64,000 nucleotides of DNA, taken from assembly GCA_031962025.1 (NCBI GenBank), contig JAVRKW010000004.1. One strand, 5' to 3'. This stretch comes from Pseudothermotoga sp. (GTDB lineage: Bacteria > Thermotogota > Thermotogae > Thermotogales > DSM-5069). Positions within the stretch are counted from its first letter, which is position 1. Each line of letters starts with the position of its first letter. Below, in pieces: positions 38,519 through 52,742 of this stretch. The translations under genes were made by a program, and so were the position numbers. Under the pieces are notes generated by a model that worked only from the letters and a program-made list of their open reading frames with translations, searched no databases and was not told the origin of the DNA.

Positions 38519-39276
38519 TTGTCCTCACCAACCTTATCCACAAAGACACCAAGAGGATATTCTGCCACCATATTCTGCTCAAGCCACTGCATGGCTTTAA
38601 TAGGAGGCATACCCCAGTTTGTTGGACAGGTTGACAAAACTTCAACAAGCCCATAACCCAGATTTCTCGTCTGGGCTAAGAAAGCCTTCTTGATGTATTT
38701 CTTTGTTGTCAGAACATCTTTTGGTGTAGTTACTTTTGTCCGTGCCAAGAAAGCAACTCCTTTGAGTTCCTTCAATATCTCGCATATGTGCACGGGATAG
38801 CCTTCTTTTTCCGGTGATCTGCCGTATGGAGAGGTTGTGGTTTTCATACCGAGTAGAGTTGTGGGAGCCATCTGTCCACCTGTCATGCCGTATATCGCGT
38901 TGTTTATGAATATCGTTGTTACTCTCTCTCCTCTGTTTGCCGTGTGAATTGTTTCTGCTGTTCCGATCGCCGCCAGATCGCCATCACCCTGGTATGTGAA
39001 AACCACAAGATCAGGTCTTGCGCGTTTCATACCCGTTGCTACCGCTGTAGCTCTTCCATGTGGAGCGACTGTCCCATCGAGGTTGAAAAACTCATAAGCG
39101 AAAACCGAACAACCCACAGGCGCGACTATTATTGTTTTTTCTCTTATTCCAAGCTCGTCTATTACTTCTGCAATCAATCTGTGCACAATTCCATGATGAC
39201 ATCCAGGGCAGTATGTAAAAGGTTTTTTACTCAAAGAATCAGGCATTTTATAGATTGTTTTGAACTCCATTTTCAT
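38515..39276 (-). CDS. 2-oxoacid (branched-chain, VOR-type) oxidoreductase beta subunit
   Basis: YCPGCHHG, APVGC, YQGDGD TPP motif, CPTNW. Confidence 0.93.
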   Translation of the reverse strand: MKMEFKTIYKMPDSLSKKPFTYCPGCHHGIVHRLIAEVIDELGIREKTIIVAPVGCSVFAYEFFNLDGTVAPHGRATAVATGMKRARPDLVVFTYQGDGDLAAIGTAETIHTANRGERVTTIFINNAIYGMTGGQMAPTTLLGMKTTTSPYGRSPEKEGYPVHICEILKELKGVAFLARTKVTTPKDVLTTKKYIKKAFLAQTRNLGYGLVEVLSTCPTNWGMPPIKAMQWLEQNMVAEYPLGVFVDKVGEDK

Positions 39277-39282
39277 TGCCCC

Positions 39283-40335
39283 CTAAATTAGACTTTTCAG
39301 GTGAGTGAAAATTTCCTCTGGTGTTGGAACAACTCCTGCCATTCTTCCATAAAACTCTATCCTGACTTTTCCACAAATCGCGAGTTTGACATCCTCAAGC
39401 ATCTGACCTGAACTCATTTCAACGGTCATAACCATGGATGTTTTTTCTGCAGCTTTTGCCAGTGCATCGTAGGGATATGGGTATAAGGTGATTGGTCTGA
39501 ACAAACCGACTTTTAGACCCTCTTCTCTTGCCATTTTTACAACACTTTTTGCGATTCTTCCAACCGTTCCATGTGCAACGATTAAGATATCTGCATCCTG
39601 TGTCTGAAATTGTTCGTATCGAACTTCTTTTTCCTCTATCTGTCGGTATTTTTTTTGCAGTTCTATGTTCATTTTTTCAAGACCGTACGGGTCTATGTTG
39701 AATGAGGTTACCTGCCTGGGTGGTCTGTTCTCTGCACCGGTTAGTGCCCAGCTGCTGTTGTCGTAGGTTGCTTCTTTTTCTTCAAAAGCGACTGGTTCCA
39801 TCATCTGCCCGAGCAAGCCATCCGCAAAGATCAGCACGGGATTTCTGTATTTATCAGCCAGATCAAAGGCAAGTGTTGTGAGTTCTACAGCTTCCTGAAC
39901 AGTTGAAGGCGAAAGGACAATCAATCTGTAATCACCGTGCCCGCCGCCTTTTGTCGCCTGAAAGTAATCTCCCTGGGATGGCTGGATATCGCCCAGACCG
40001 GGTCCTCCACGAACCACATTCACAAAAACAGCAGGCAGTTGAGCACACGCGATGTAAGAAACACCTTCCTGCATCAAACTGAAACCAGGAGATGATGTAG
40101 AGGTCATAACGCGCTTTCCAACACTTGAAGCACCATATATCATGTTAACGGCTGCCACTTCACTCTCTGCTTGTAGAAAACTGCCACCAACTTCCGGCAG
40201 ACGGCGAGCCATGTATTCTGTCAATTCACTCTGCGGTGTAATTGGATAGCCAAAGTAATTACGGCATCCAGCTTTTATAGCGGCTTCTCCTATTGCTTCG
40301 ACGCCTTTCATCATGACTTTTTTCATTCTCATCAC
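39283..40335 (-). CDS. 2-oxoacid (VOR-type) oxidoreductase alpha subunit
   Basis: GYPITPQSE, ESEVAA, TSTSSPG.SL, RGGPGLG. Confidence 0.93.
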   Translation of the reverse strand: MMRMKKVMMKGVEAIGEAAIKAGCRNYFGYPITPQSELTEYMARRLPEVGGSFLQAESEVAAVNMIYGASSVGKRVMTSTSSPGFSLMQEGVSYIACAQLPAVFVNVVRGGPGLGDIQPSQGDYFQATKGGGHGDYRLIVLSPSTVQEAVELTTLAFDLADKYRNPVLIFADGLLGQMMEPVAFEEKEATYDNSSWALTGAENRPPRQVTSFNIDPYGLEKMNIELQKKYRQIEEKEVRYEQFQTQDADILIVAHGTVGRIAKSVVKMAREEGLKVGLFRPITLYPYPYDALAKAAEKTSMVMTVEMSSGQMLEDVKLAICGKVRIEFYGRMAGVVPTPEEIFTHLKSLI

Positions 40336-40558
40336 CTCACAGGTTGTGCGGCTTTAAAAACAGTTATACAGGTGTCAGGACACATCATGTAGCAAAAGCC
40401 GCAACCGGTACATTTCTCATCTGGGTCGTACTGTTCTGCGGGATGATATCCCTTTGAATTGAATTTGTCTGAAAATCTTATTATCTTCTGTGGACAGGCA
40501 TTTATGCACAGCCCACATCCTTTACACCTTTCAGCATCAATCTGTATATATGCTTTTC

Positions 40559-40562
<4 letters not shown>
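40332..40562 (-). CDS. 2x[4Fe-4S] ferredoxin-like delta subunit
   Basis: CKGCGLC...CP and CTGCGFC...CP. Confidence 0.93.
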
Positions 40563-43181
<2,619 letters not shown>

Positions 43182-43189
<8 letters not shown>

Positions 43190-44255
43190 TTAGACCACCC
43201 CATATCTTTGGAGTTTCTTCGCCCTTGAGAATTCTCAAGGCACCTGATGCGAGTGCTTCCATTTCAAATTCACCTGGTACAACAAAGATGGGAGCGAATT
43301 TGTACACGTAGCTTTTTATCCTGTTCACGAAATCGGTACTGTGTGACATTCCACCGGTGAGAACTATCGCATCCACATTACCGCATAGAACAGCACACAT
43401 GCCACCAATTTCTTTCGCTATTTGATAAGCCATTGCCTGAACAACCAGATCTGCTTTTTTATCTGTCTGCGCCATCTTTAGTATTTCTCTCAGGTCGTTT
43501 GTTCCAAAATAGGCAACGAGTCCTCCTTTTCCAATGAATTTCTTTTTGAGCTCGTCTTTTTTGTATTTTCCCGAAAAACACATCCTTGCCACATCACCTA
43601 CCGGCAGTTCACCTGTTCTTTCAGGACTGAATGGACCTTCATCGTTTGCGTTGTTCACATCGATGATCCTGCCCTTCTTTATGGCTGCGACAGAGATTCC
43701 ACCGCCAAGGTGCACTGCAACCAGGTTTAATTCTTCGTATTTTTTGTTGAGCTCAAAAGCCACTTTTCTACAGACGGCTTTGATGTTCAGAGCGTGCAGT
43801 AAACTCTTCCTTTCTATCTCAGGTATTCCTGAAAATCTCGCTTCTGGAATCATTTCATCAACGGAAACCGGATCTGTTATATAAACAGGTATTTTTCCAT
43901 CGGCAAGTTCGTACGCTATCACTGCCGCAAGGTTTGAAACGTGCTTGACTGGAGATGAATATTTCAGGTAGTGAACCATCCTTTCGTCAACAATGTAAGT
44001 GCCACTTTCAACTGGTGGTAATATTCCTCCACGCGCTGCAATGGCTGAAAAATCAGATTTTTTAAATCCATGTTTTTCAAGAAAGCTGATTATATTATTT
44101 TTTCTAAACTCGAGCTGATCCATCAAATCTGGATGTTTATCCAGATCATCAACGCTGTGCTCGACTTTTTCAGAAAGCACGCATTTCTCATCTTCATATA
44201 CGGCTATTTTTGTCGAAGTCGATCCAGGGTTTATCACCAAAATCCTGTGCATCAT
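43182..44255 (-). CDS. buk: Second butyrate/branched-chain carboxylate kinase
   Basis: [37 protein letters not shown]. Confidence 0.93.
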
Positions 44256-44256
44256 G

Positions 44257-45495
44257 TCACAACCCCTTAAAAGCCCTGTATTTGTCAAAAGCGTCTTTCA
44301 ACCTTTTTACACCCTCGTAGATGTCTTCTATCGGTGGCAGGCAGAAGGACATTCTCATCGAAGAAGAAGGTTGATCGTACGGTCTGAAAGCCTCACCTGG
44401 TATGTAGAAAACTTTGTTTTGTTCTGCGAATTTGAACATTTCCATCGTGTCATATTGTTCTGGCAGTGTGAACCAGACGAAAAGTCCACCATCCGGATTG
44501 GTCCATTTCGCTCCTGAAAGATCAGCAAAGTTTTCCTCGAGTGCTTTTACCATTGCATCCTTTTTCTGTCTGTACAGGTCAATCGCCGGCTTTATCTGTT
44601 CAAGTATGTCGTATCTTTCAAGATATCTTGCAGCAAGTCTCATCGTCAAAGATGGGCTACACAGATCACTACCCTGCTTTGCAAGTACCAGTTTTCTGAT
44701 GATTGACTTTTCGGCTACAACCATACCAATTCTCAAGCCGGGGCATAGAATTTTGCTGAAAGTATTTAAAAGTATCACTCTTTCGATTCCACCAATCTTC
44801 ATCAGTGAAGGAACAAATTCACCTTTAAATCTCAGCACGCCGTATGGATCATCCTCGACTATCAATAGATCGTATTTCTCAGCGATCTGGACGATGGCTT
44901 TTCTTTTTTCGAGACTGGTTGTGATTCCCGATGGATTTTGAAAGTTTGAGACTAAGTATATGAATTTTAGATATCTTATCTGGCCAGATTGTTCCAGATC
45001 TTTTATTTTCTGCTCAATCATATTTATATCCGGTCCATCATCTTCGAATTTGACAACCAAAAACTGTGGATCTCTCATTCTAAAAGCACTCAATGCACCC
45101 AGGTATTCTGGATCTCCGACAAGCACATAGTCACCGGGATCGAGTAAAACTTTTCCGACAAGCTCCAGTGCCTGTTGTGATCCGACTGTTATGAGAATAT
45201 TTTCTGTAGAAAGATTGTCTATTCCATAGACCCTTTTCAACAAAATCAATATCTGTTTTAAAAGCTCTGGATCACCTTCGGTTACGGAGTATTGGAGTGT
45301 GTATCTGTACTCTTTTTCGACGATTTCTGAAGCGATCTGGGCAAGTTCATGTCTTGGAAAGGTTTCCGGGTCTGGGGTACCACCGCCAAAGGAAATAGCG
45401 CCCGGGACATTTGCATACTTGAGCAGTTCTCGTATCATCGACGATTTGAGTTTGCCTGCAAGTTTTGAAAATTGGTATTGCGAGCTTTTCATCAA
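44257..45495 (-). CDS. PLP-dependent class I aminotransferase (AroAT/MocR-like)
   Basis: S.IRELLK, FQNPSG, EDDPY, TFSKIL.PGLRIG, R.SF. Confidence 0.92.
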   Translation of the reverse strand: MMKSSQYQFSKLAGKLKSSMIRELLKYANVPGAISFGGGTPDPETFPRHELAQIASEIVEKEYRYTLQYSVTEGDPELLKQILILLKRVYGIDNLSTENILITVGSQQALELVGKVLLDPGDYVLVGDPEYLGALSAFRMRDPQFLVVKFEDDGPDINMIEQKIKDLEQSGQIRYLKFIYLVSNFQNPSGITTSLEKRKAIVQIAEKYDLLIVEDDPYGVLRFKGEFVPSLMKIGGIERVILLNTFSKILCPGLRIGMVVAEKSIIRKLVLAKQGSDLCSPSLTMRLAARYLERYDILEQIKPAIDLYRQKKDAMVKALEENFADLSGAKWTNPDGGLFVWFTLPEQYDTMEMFKFAEQNKVFYIPGEAFRPYDQPSSSMRMSFCLPPIEDIYEGVKRLKDAFDKYRAFKGL

Positions 45496-45693
45496 ATCAC
45501 CCCAACATATTTATATCAAATTCGTGCCAAACAAACAACATAACGCTTTTGCTCTTTAGAAGAACTTTTTTATTTTGTGCAAAACATTGCATAGAGCAAA
45601 TTTTTGCATGCAAGTTTTTACACATCAAAGTCTTTTTATTCTTGCTGACTGTCGTGGTAAACTACAATCGGAAAAATTCAGGGAGGTGTTTTT

Positions 45694-46839
45694 ATGCTGA
45701 AGAAAAACTACATTATGGCACCGGGTCCAACTCCCGTACCAATAGATGTGTTGCTTGCGGGAGCAAAAGAGACCATTCATCATCGCACACCGCAGTTCAT
45801 CGATATAATCCAGAAAACTCTGGAAGAAACCAAGTACCTTTTCCAGACATCTAACAGGGTTTATGTCTTTGTCTCGTCCGGGACAGGAGCAATGGAGGCT
45901 GCGGTGACCAATCTGGTCAATCCCGGTGAAAAGGCAATAGTGGTCGTCGCTGGAAAATTCGGAGAAAGATGGAAGGAGATCTGTCAGGCATTTGGCATCG
46001 AGGTAGTCGAGATAGCACTCGAATGGGGCGAGGCAGTCACTCCAGAACAAATAGAAGCAGCGATGAAAAAGCATCCTGAAGCAAAAGTCATTTTCACAAC
46101 GCACAGTGAGACATCCACTGGAACGGTCATTGACTTGAAAGCCATAGCAGAGCTCACGAGAAACACAGATCGCATTCTCGTAACCGATGAAGTGAGTGGC
46201 TTACTTGCCGAACCTTTGAAGATGGACGAGTGGGGTGTCGATGTAGTTGTAAGCGGTTCGCAGAAAGGTATTATGATGCCACCCGGTCTTGGATTCATCA
46301 CTTTGAGCAAGAAAGCCTGGGCACTGGTTGAGCAGAACAAATGTCCAAAATACTATTACGATCTCAGATATTACGACAAGAACTATCCAGATAATCCATG
46401 GACACCGGCTGTCAATATGATATACATGCTCAATCAAAGTGTGAAGATGCTCAAAGAAGAAGGTATAGAAAATATCTGGAACAGACACAGAGTACTTGGT
46501 GAAGCTACAAGGGCGGCAGTAAAAGCACTTGGGCTTGAGCTGTTCTCGAAAAGACCAGGAAATGTCTGTACAGCTGTGAAGGTTCCACAAGGCATAGAAG
46601 GTAAGAAGATAACAAAGATCATGCGCGACAAATATGGAGTTACAATAGCAGGCGGGCAGGGACACATAACGAACACGATTTTCAGAATAGCCCATCTTGG
46701 TTATGTTTCGATCTTTGATACAATTACTGCCATATCTGCGCTGGAATTTACACTGCATGAACTTGGTTATCCTGTTAAATTCGGTGAAGGTGTAAAGGCT
46801 GCAATGGAAGTATTTCACCGTGAGGGGGTTGCTGGATGA
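45694..46839 (+). CDS. Class V aminotransferase (serine-pyruvate/phosphoserine aminotransferase-like)
   Basis: [30 protein letters not shown]...PPG, RIAHLG; paired with serA. Confidence 0.92.
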   Translation: MLKKNYIMAPGPTPVPIDVLLAGAKETIHHRTPQFIDIIQKTLEETKYLFQTSNRVYVFVSSGTGAMEAAVTNLVNPGEKAIVVVAGKFGERWKEICQAFGIEVVEIALEWGEAVTPEQIEAAMKKHPEAKVIFTTHSETSTGTVIDLKAIAELTRNTDRILVTDEVSGLLAEPLKMDEWGVDVVVSGSQKGIMMPPGLGFITLSKKAWALVEQNKCPKYYYDLRYYDKNYPDNPWTPAVNMIYMLNQSVKMLKEEGIENIWNRHRVLGEATRAAVKALGLELFSKRPGNVCTAVKVPQGIEGKKITKIMRDKYGVTIAGGQGHITNTIFRIAHLGYVSIFDTITAISALEFTLHELGYPVKFGEGVKAAMEVFHREGVAG

Positions 46840-47747
46840 TAAGAGTTCATGTGAATGATCCATTGGATCAAGAGGCGTTGAATTTACTCAAGTCCAAGGC
46901 TCAGCTCGATGTCACCAGCGAACATCTTGAGAAAGACAAGCTGTTGAATTTGATGCCGCAGATCGAGGTGTTGATAGTCAGAAGTGCAACAAAGGTGACT
47001 AAAGAAATCATCGACATGGGTGTGAAACTCAAGATCATCGGAAGAGCTGGCGTAGGTCTGGACAACATAGATGTGAATGCCGCAAAGGAAAAAGGCGTGA
47101 AGGTGTTGAATACACCCGGTGCAAGCGCAGTATCTGTCGCAGAACTCACATTCGGTTTAATGATAAGTGCGGCAAGGCACATCGCAAGAGGAACGAAAGA
47201 TTTGAAAGACGGATTGTGGACCAAAAAGGAACTCGAAGGGCACGAACTCTTTGCAAAGACCTTGGGTATCATAGGTCTTGGAATGATAGGCAAAGAGGTC
47301 GCCAAAAGGGCTTTAGCCTTTGGAATGAAAGTAATAGCGTATGATCCCTTGGTGTCGAGTTTTGAAAATGTGAAAATGGTCGATCTGGATGAACTTTACA
47401 GATCATCTGATTTCATAACTTTGCATGTTCCAATGACTGAGCAGACAAAGCACATGATAAACCGCAAAACTATCGAAAAAATGAAAAAAGGTGTAATAAT
47501 AGTGAATGCATCCCGTGGAGGAGTAATCGACGAAGAAGCACTGTATGAAGCACTTGTCAGCGGAAAAATTTACGCGGCTGCACTCGATGTCTTTGAAGTT
47601 GAACCACCCCAAGATGAGCTCAGAAAAAAGTTGCTTCAGCTTCCAAACGTAGTTGCCACACCACATATAGGTGCTTCCACATACGAGGCACAGGAAAAAG
47701 TCGGCAGGGAGCTTGTGGAAAGAATCTTTAAAGAACTTGGAATCTAA
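46836..47747 (+). CDS. serA: D-3-phosphoglycerate dehydrogenase (short form)
   Basis: [34 protein letters not shown]. Confidence 0.85.
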   Translation: MIRVHVNDPLDQEALNLLKSKAQLDVTSEHLEKDKLLNLMPQIEVLIVRSATKVTKEIIDMGVKLKIIGRAGVGLDNIDVNAAKEKGVKVLNTPGASAVSVAELTFGLMISAARHIARGTKDLKDGLWTKKELEGHELFAKTLGIIGLGMIGKEVAKRALAFGMKVIAYDPLVSSFENVKMVDLDELYRSSDFITLHVPMTEQTKHMINRKTIEKMKKGVIIVNASRGGVIDEEALYEALVSGKIYAAALDVFEVEPPQDELRKKLLQLPNVVATPHIGASTYEAQEKVGRELVERIFKELGI

Positions 47748-47775
47748 AAGGGCGGCTTTTCAACCGCCCTTTTTA
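47747..47775. terminator. Bidirectional intrinsic terminator between convergent genes
   Basis: AAAAGGGCGG-CTTTTCAA-CCGCCCTTTTT. Confidence 0.8.
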
Positions 47776-48447
47776 TTCTACCACCGTAATTTGCTGTGCT
47801 TTTTTCATTGCATCTAAAAGTGCATCTTCGAGTTTCAATATCAATTCTGAAGAATCGGCTATCTGAGGTGTTATCTGACAGATTGCCGATACAATCTGTG
47901 GAGAATGTTTTGGGATTTTTATTCTTCTTGAATGTCTCAACAATCTTGCGACAAAAATTCTTGCACCGTCTATCTGCGTGTATGGCAGAAGGGCTATCAG
48001 GGTATTTTTGTCATAAAGAAAGATCTTGTCAGAAACCCTTGCCTGTCTTTTTGCGCTGTTGTATATAGCTCTGACGGCAAGTTCATTTTCATTCACCAAC
48101 CTCACCATGGCGATGGAAAGTGGCAGGTTGTACCTCTGCGATTTGTAGATCTCTTCATCCAGGAATGATTCAACACTGCAATGAGTGATAACATAGCAGT
48201 ACAAAAGTTTGAATTTCATCAGATAATAGTCAAGAGATTGTCCTGGTAGAAGGACATCGATGATTTGATTCAAATCTTCGGGTATGGATTTACTCACAAT
48301 CACGGTATCAATCAGTGGGTGTACTTTTTCACCAACGAAAAGATCCGCATCTTTTTCGTCAGCCACAGCCAAGCCACAGCACATACTGACTGCCTGAAGA
48401 ATATTTTGCTTGGTTTCCTCATCAGAAAGATCAATATACACCCGCAT
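47773..48447 (-). CDS. Degenerate GGDEF-like domain protein
   Basis: EIYKSQRYNLPLSIAM, RVSDKIF, LLP.T...GA elements of the GGDEF fold, but no GG(D/E)EF. Confidence 0.65.
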   Translation of the reverse strand: MRVYIDLSDEETKQNILQAVSMCCGLAVADEKDADLFVGEKVHPLIDTVIVSKSIPEDLNQIIDVLLPGQSLDYYLMKFKLLYCYVITHCSVESFLDEEIYKSQRYNLPLSIAMVRLVNENELAVRAIYNSAKRQARVSDKIFLYDKNTLIALLPYTQIDGARIFVARLLRHSRRIKIPKHSPQIVSAICQITPQIADSSELILKLEDALLDAMKKAQQITVVE

Positions 48448-49027
48448 ACTTCACGCCCGCCATTCTCAAAAAATATTCGTGTACGCGCAGATCATTCCCC
48501 AGTTCAGGATGGAAGGAACCTGCCAGTAAATTTTCCTGCTGGACGAGCACCGGAGAACCTTCGTAACTTGCCAGAACTTCTACTTTTTCACCCCATTCAA
48601 CGATCTTTGGTGCTCTGATGAAAATTGCTTTGAACCCGTCTCCTATTGACTTGATGTCCAAATAGACTTCGAAGCTTTCAACCTGCCTGCCGTAAGCATT
48701 TCTCTCTACGGTGATGTCCATCAATCCAAAACTGTACTGATCAGGATAATTTGCTATCTTTTTTGCCAGAAGGATCATGCCGGCACAGGTACCATAAACA
48801 GGCATACCCTCTAAAACTCTCTTTTTGAGCTCATCTGCTATGCCGGTTATTCTCGCAAGTCTACCAATTGTTGTTGACTCACCACCGGGTATTATAAGTC
48901 CTCTGACCCTTTTTAAATCATCGACGGTCTTGACAATTATTGCCTCGGCATGAAGTTTCTGCAAAGCCCACAGATGTTCTCTAAAGTCCCCCTGCAATCC
49001 AAGAACTCCAACAACCAATTTTACCAT
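48431..49027 (-). CDS. pdxT: PLP synthase glutaminase subunit
   Basis: GVLGLQG, PGGEST, GTCAG, RNAYGRQ..SF, FHPE. Confidence 0.97.
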   Translation of the reverse strand: MVKLVVGVLGLQGDFREHLWALQKLHAEAIIVKTVDDLKRVRGLIIPGGESTTIGRLARITGIADELKKRVLEGMPVYGTCAGMILLAKKIANYPDQYSFGLMDITVERNAYGRQVESFEVYLDIKSIGDGFKAIFIRAPKIVEWGEKVEVLASYEGSPVLVQQENLLAGSFHPELGNDLRVHEYFLRMAGVKYAGVY

Positions 49028-49896
49028 CCTCTCTCCTGCATGCGGACTTCAAGTGATTCAACCTCAAGTCCCGGCATAGGTTCTCCTATATCTTCGGATA
49101 CTTTTAAGAGCATCTCTGGATCGTTCCAGTAAGTAACTGCCATGACTATTGCCCTTGCCATCTTTGCGGGATCTTTTGATTTGAAGATTCCAGATCCCAC
49201 AAAAACTCCATCGGCACCGAGCATCATCATCAAAGCGGCATCTGCAGGTGTAGCAACTCCGCCGGCTGCGAAATTCACAACGGGCAGTCTTCCAAGCCTT
49301 TTAACCTCTCTCACAAGCTCAACGGGTGCTCCTATTTCTTTGGCGTATGCAACAAGTTCATCGTCGAGCATCGTCGTAACTTTTCTTATGTCGTCCATGA
49401 CCCTTCTCATGTGCTTTACGGCTTCTACGACATTACCCGTTCCAGCCTCACCTTTGGTTCTAATCATCGCAGCACCTTCGGCGATTCTTCTGAGTGCTTC
49501 TCCAAGGTCCCGTGCACCGCAAACAAATGGTACTTTGAATTCGTGCTTGTTGATGTGAAATCTATCGTCTGCTGGAGTGAGCACCTCGGATTCGTCTATG
49601 AAATCTACCCCGAGTGCCTCCAAGATTCTGGCTTCTGCAATGTGACCGATTCTCACCTTTGCCATGACGGGTATCGAAACAGCTTCCATTATTTCTTTTA
49701 TTTTGGCGATGCTTGCCATGCGCGCCACTCCACCGGCTTTTCTTATATCAGCCGGGACACGTTCAAGCGCCATAACAGCTACCGCACCGGCTTCTTCTGC
49801 AATTTTTGCCTGTTCCGCGGTCGTCACGTCCATTATGACTCCGCCTTTAAACATATCTGCGAATCCGGTTTTCACAGTCCAGGTTCCTTTTTCCAT
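49021..49896 (-). CDS. pdxS: PLP synthase lyase subunit
   Basis: [44 protein letters not shown]. Confidence 0.98.
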   Translation of the reverse strand: MEKGTWTVKTGFADMFKGGVIMDVTTAEQAKIAEEAGAVAVMALERVPADIRKAGGVARMASIAKIKEIMEAVSIPVMAKVRIGHIAEARILEALGVDFIDESEVLTPADDRFHINKHEFKVPFVCGARDLGEALRRIAEGAAMIRTKGEAGTGNVVEAVKHMRRVMDDIRKVTTMLDDELVAYAKEIGAPVELVREVKRLGRLPVVNFAAGGVATPADAALMMMLGADGVFVGSGIFKSKDPAKMARAIVMAVTYWNDPEMLLKVSEDIGEPMPGLEVESLEVRMQERGW

Positions 49897-49902
49897 AGCT
49901 AT

Positions 49903-51204
49903 TCACACCTCCTCCCAATATCTTTTTGGAACAATCTCAAGCCTTGAAAGATCCTGTTTGGACCTGCCAACTTTTGCGCAGGGCTTTTTATTCACTTCGA
50001 CGATGTCTGCAGTTATATCAACTTTATGCCTGAGCAATTTTGAACCAACTGCGTAGACATCAACCGGCACCTTTAGTTTTTCAAAAAGCGCTATCCTATC
50101 GGCATCAAAACCACCGGATACAACTATTTTTAAACCTTTTAAGCCGACTTTATCGAATTCCTGTCTTGCACGCCAGACCAGTTCAGGGCAAACTCCAAGT
50201 GAAGATTCATCTCTGGGAACAACGGAAACATCCCTGAGATTTCCAGATGTATCGAAGCGAACACCCCAGATCTTTCCCTTTCCTTCTCCTATAATGGGAG
50301 CGGGATCTGTTACACCAAGAACAAAGGGTTTTCCAGTCTGTTCTTCATAGAATGCCTTAATCACTTTAAAAGTTGTCCCGATGACATCATTGTCCCAGTC
50401 CACCAGAATAATGCGATTCACACTCGCCGGCATGTGTTTGTCAAAGGCAATAGCAGCGGCTTCGGTGCTACCGTCATAAGCTGCTATCAGCGCGTGGGGC
50501 ATTGTTCCCATCGATTCTGCACCCCAGTAATCTGCATTTGCATCAGTTGAGACGCCAAACGCACCGGCACACAGAGCAGCGTAACCATCGGTCGTCTGGA
50601 CCCAATAATGGTCAAATCTCGCGCTGAAATAGAGAACAGGCTTACCGTTTGCCGCTTTTACAACATTTTTGACAGCCGTCGCAGTACTCGTTGCACGTGC
50701 TATGACACCCAACAGGATTGTTTCAAGATAACCAAAATACGTTGGATCACCCTCTATGGTCATTATTGGTTCCCATTCTTTTGCTTCTTCACCATCGTAC
50801 AGAGCCTTTACTTCTATTTCTTCCCATTTATCCACCCACAGATCGTTCAGTTTCATTCTCAATTCCCATTTCTTTTTTGTATAATCCAGGACAAGATCGG
50901 TTTTCATGTCCACCGATGCAGCCTGTATTGCTTTGTCGAGCATCAGGGTTTGTCTAAAAATTTCCTTTGCCTTTTCTTCATCGCGGTAATATCCGGTTGC
51001 AAATCTGAGTATTGCAAGTGCTTCATCTAAACCAACCACCACACAATCTTTTCTTGGAAAAAATTGGTACAAAACCTGCGGGTGTCTATTATCTTTTTTC
51101 AGCACCTCAACGTATCTTGTGAAATAGATGTCAGAGTAATAATTGTTTCGTATGCGGTCTATTGGTACCTTGAATACTTTTGGGTCCAGCCTCTTTTTTC
51201 TCAT
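49903..51204 (-). CDS. pncB: Nicotinate phosphoribosyltransferase
   Basis: YSDIYF, LET..LG, GTMPHA, GVRFDTS, SGGF; coupled to pncA. Confidence 0.8.
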   Translation of the reverse strand: MRKKRLDPKVFKVPIDRIRNNYYSDIYFTRYVEVLKKDNRHPQVLYQFFPRKDCVVVGLDEALAILRFATGYYRDEEKAKEIFRQTLMLDKAIQAASVDMKTDLVLDYTKKKWELRMKLNDLWVDKWEEIEVKALYDGEEAKEWEPIMTIEGDPTYFGYLETILLGVIARATSTATAVKNVVKAANGKPVLYFSARFDHYWVQTTDGYAALCAGAFGVSTDANADYWGAESMGTMPHALIAAYDGSTEAAAIAFDKHMPASVNRIILVDWDNDVIGTTFKVIKAFYEEQTGKPFVLGVTDPAPIIGEGKGKIWGVRFDTSGNLRDVSVVPRDESSLGVCPELVWRARQEFDKVGLKGLKIVVSGGFDADRIALFEKLKVPVDVYAVGSKLLRHKVDITADIVEVNKKPCAKVGRSKQDLSRLEIVPKRYWEEV

Positions 51205-51728
51205 TGGACCACCTCGGCACCGAGAACGTCTTTCATCAACCTGATAGCACATCTGTGTAACTGTGAATCGTACGACGCGGTGGCTTTTTCATGCACTCTC
51301 ACCTTTATTCCCCTGTTTCTCAATTCCTCAACTGTGAAAAGAACACATATATGAGTGACAACACCGCATACATCAACTTCGCTTATTGAAAATCTGCCGA
51401 TTAACTCGTCCAGATTCGTACCGTAAAAGGCACTGTATCTGGTTTTATGAATCGAAAAATGTTTTTCATAGTTCTCAAGCTGTGTTTTCAGGGGTTCAAC
51501 GATTTCTGCGCCCGGGGTATTTTTAACACAATGTCTTTGCCACAAGGCAAACTCGGCATCATCGAAATCGTGCCAGTCCTGTGTTGTGATTATTATCCAG
51601 GAATTTTCAATTGCCTTTTTTGCCAGATCAATCGCAGGCGCGATTACCTTTTCTGCGCCCGCAAAATAAAGAGCACCGTTTTGCTGGACAAAATCATTCT
51701 GTAAATCCACAATTATCAAGGCGCGCAT
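51201..51728 (-). CDS. pncA: Nicotinamidase/pyrazinamidase (cysteine hydrolase)
   Basis: VDLQNDF...GAL, DWH, W..HC, K.RYSAF, GV.T.ICV. Confidence 0.88.
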   Translation of the reverse strand: MRALIIVDLQNDFVQQNGALYFAGAEKVIAPAIDLAKKAIENSWIIITTQDWHDFDDAEFALWQRHCVKNTPGAEIVEPLKTQLENYEKHFSIHKTRYSAFYGTNLDELIGRFSISEVDVCGVVTHICVLFTVEELRNRGIKVRVHEKATASYDSQLHRCAIRLMKDVLGAEVVQ

Positions 51729-51754
51729 CTGTCTACCTCCAGATTGGCGCACAT

Positions 51755-52729
51755 CTATCTTATTGGTTTGTCCTTTGTTGCATTCTCAAGAGCAAGCAGC
51801 CTTTCCCAGCGTCTGTCTACGTACTGTTGAATTTCATTGATTATTTCCTGAGCATCCGGTCTTTGCAGCATCAATCTGAATCTTTCCTGTGCCTTTATAA
51901 ACTCAGAAACGGGCTTAAAAGTATTTGGTTTTCTTGTTATTCTGTAGACTCCACGGTCCACTTCATACAGGGGCCAGTATTTGGTCTGAACGGCGAGTTT
52001 TGTGATATCCACCGTTTGATCTTCAGGAACCCTCCAGTATCTCACACAAGGACTGAGAGCGGCAATGAAAGAGGGACCTTCAAAAGATAGGGCTTTTTCG
52101 ATCTTGCTCATGAAATCCATTGGCTCACTAATGGTCACTGTTGCAGCATAGACATATTCATGTCCTGCGATTATCTCGACTATATTCTTCTTCAACTGAA
52201 CCTTTCCGGGGATCTTTTTCCCGACAGGGGCGGTTGTCGTATCTGCACCCGGGGGTGTTGAACCGGATCTCTGATTTCCCGTGTTCATGTACCCTTCGTT
52301 GTCGTAGAGAATGTAAATGAATTTGTGACCTCTTTCCACAGCACCTGAAAGCGATTGAAGACCTATATCGTATGTGCCACCATCACCACCGAAGGCAAAG
52401 AATGCGTATTTTTTATCAGAGGGTATTTTTCCCGCTTTTTTCAAAGCTCTATACGCAGTTTCAACACCACTTATTGTTGCTGCCACATTTTCAAATGCGT
52501 TGTGTATATATGGGACACTCCAGGAAGTAAATGGGTATATTGTCGAAGAAACTTCCATACAGCCGGTTGCAAAACCAATAACAGGTTCATAGCCAAGGGT
52601 TTTCGCAGTCATCAAAGCCAGCTTCACTGTTATTGGTGCACCACAGCCCGGGCACATCCTGTGACCCTGTGTTAGTCCAGTTTCTTTATCGGTGAAAACT
52701 TCTGCAAGTTTCTTCATGGTCAACGGCAT
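51755..52729 (-). CDS. porB: Pyruvate:ferredoxin oxidoreductase beta subunit
   Basis: GHRMCPGCG, ATGC.EV, GGDGGTYDIG, DNEGYMNTG.QRS. Confidence 0.93.
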   Translation of the reverse strand: MPLTMKKLAEVFTDKETGLTQGHRMCPGCGAPITVKLALMTAKTLGYEPVIGFATGCMEVSSTIYPFTSWSVPYIHNAFENVAATISGVETAYRALKKAGKIPSDKKYAFFAFGGDGGTYDIGLQSLSGAVERGHKFIYILYDNEGYMNTGNQRSGSTPPGADTTTAPVGKKIPGKVQLKKNIVEIIAGHEYVYAATVTISEPMDFMSKIEKALSFEGPSFIAALSPCVRYWRVPEDQTVDITKLAVQTKYWPLYEVDRGVYRITRKPNTFKPVSEFIKAQERFRLMLQRPDAQEIINEIQQYVDRRWERLLALENATKDKPIR

Positions 52730-52742
52730 ACAATGCACCTCC

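Noticed and set aside
45560..45625. Clustered TTGCA/TGCAA palindromic words in the divergent aminotransferase intergenic region
   Set aside because: Could be an operator, but it is too short and irregular to define a motif.
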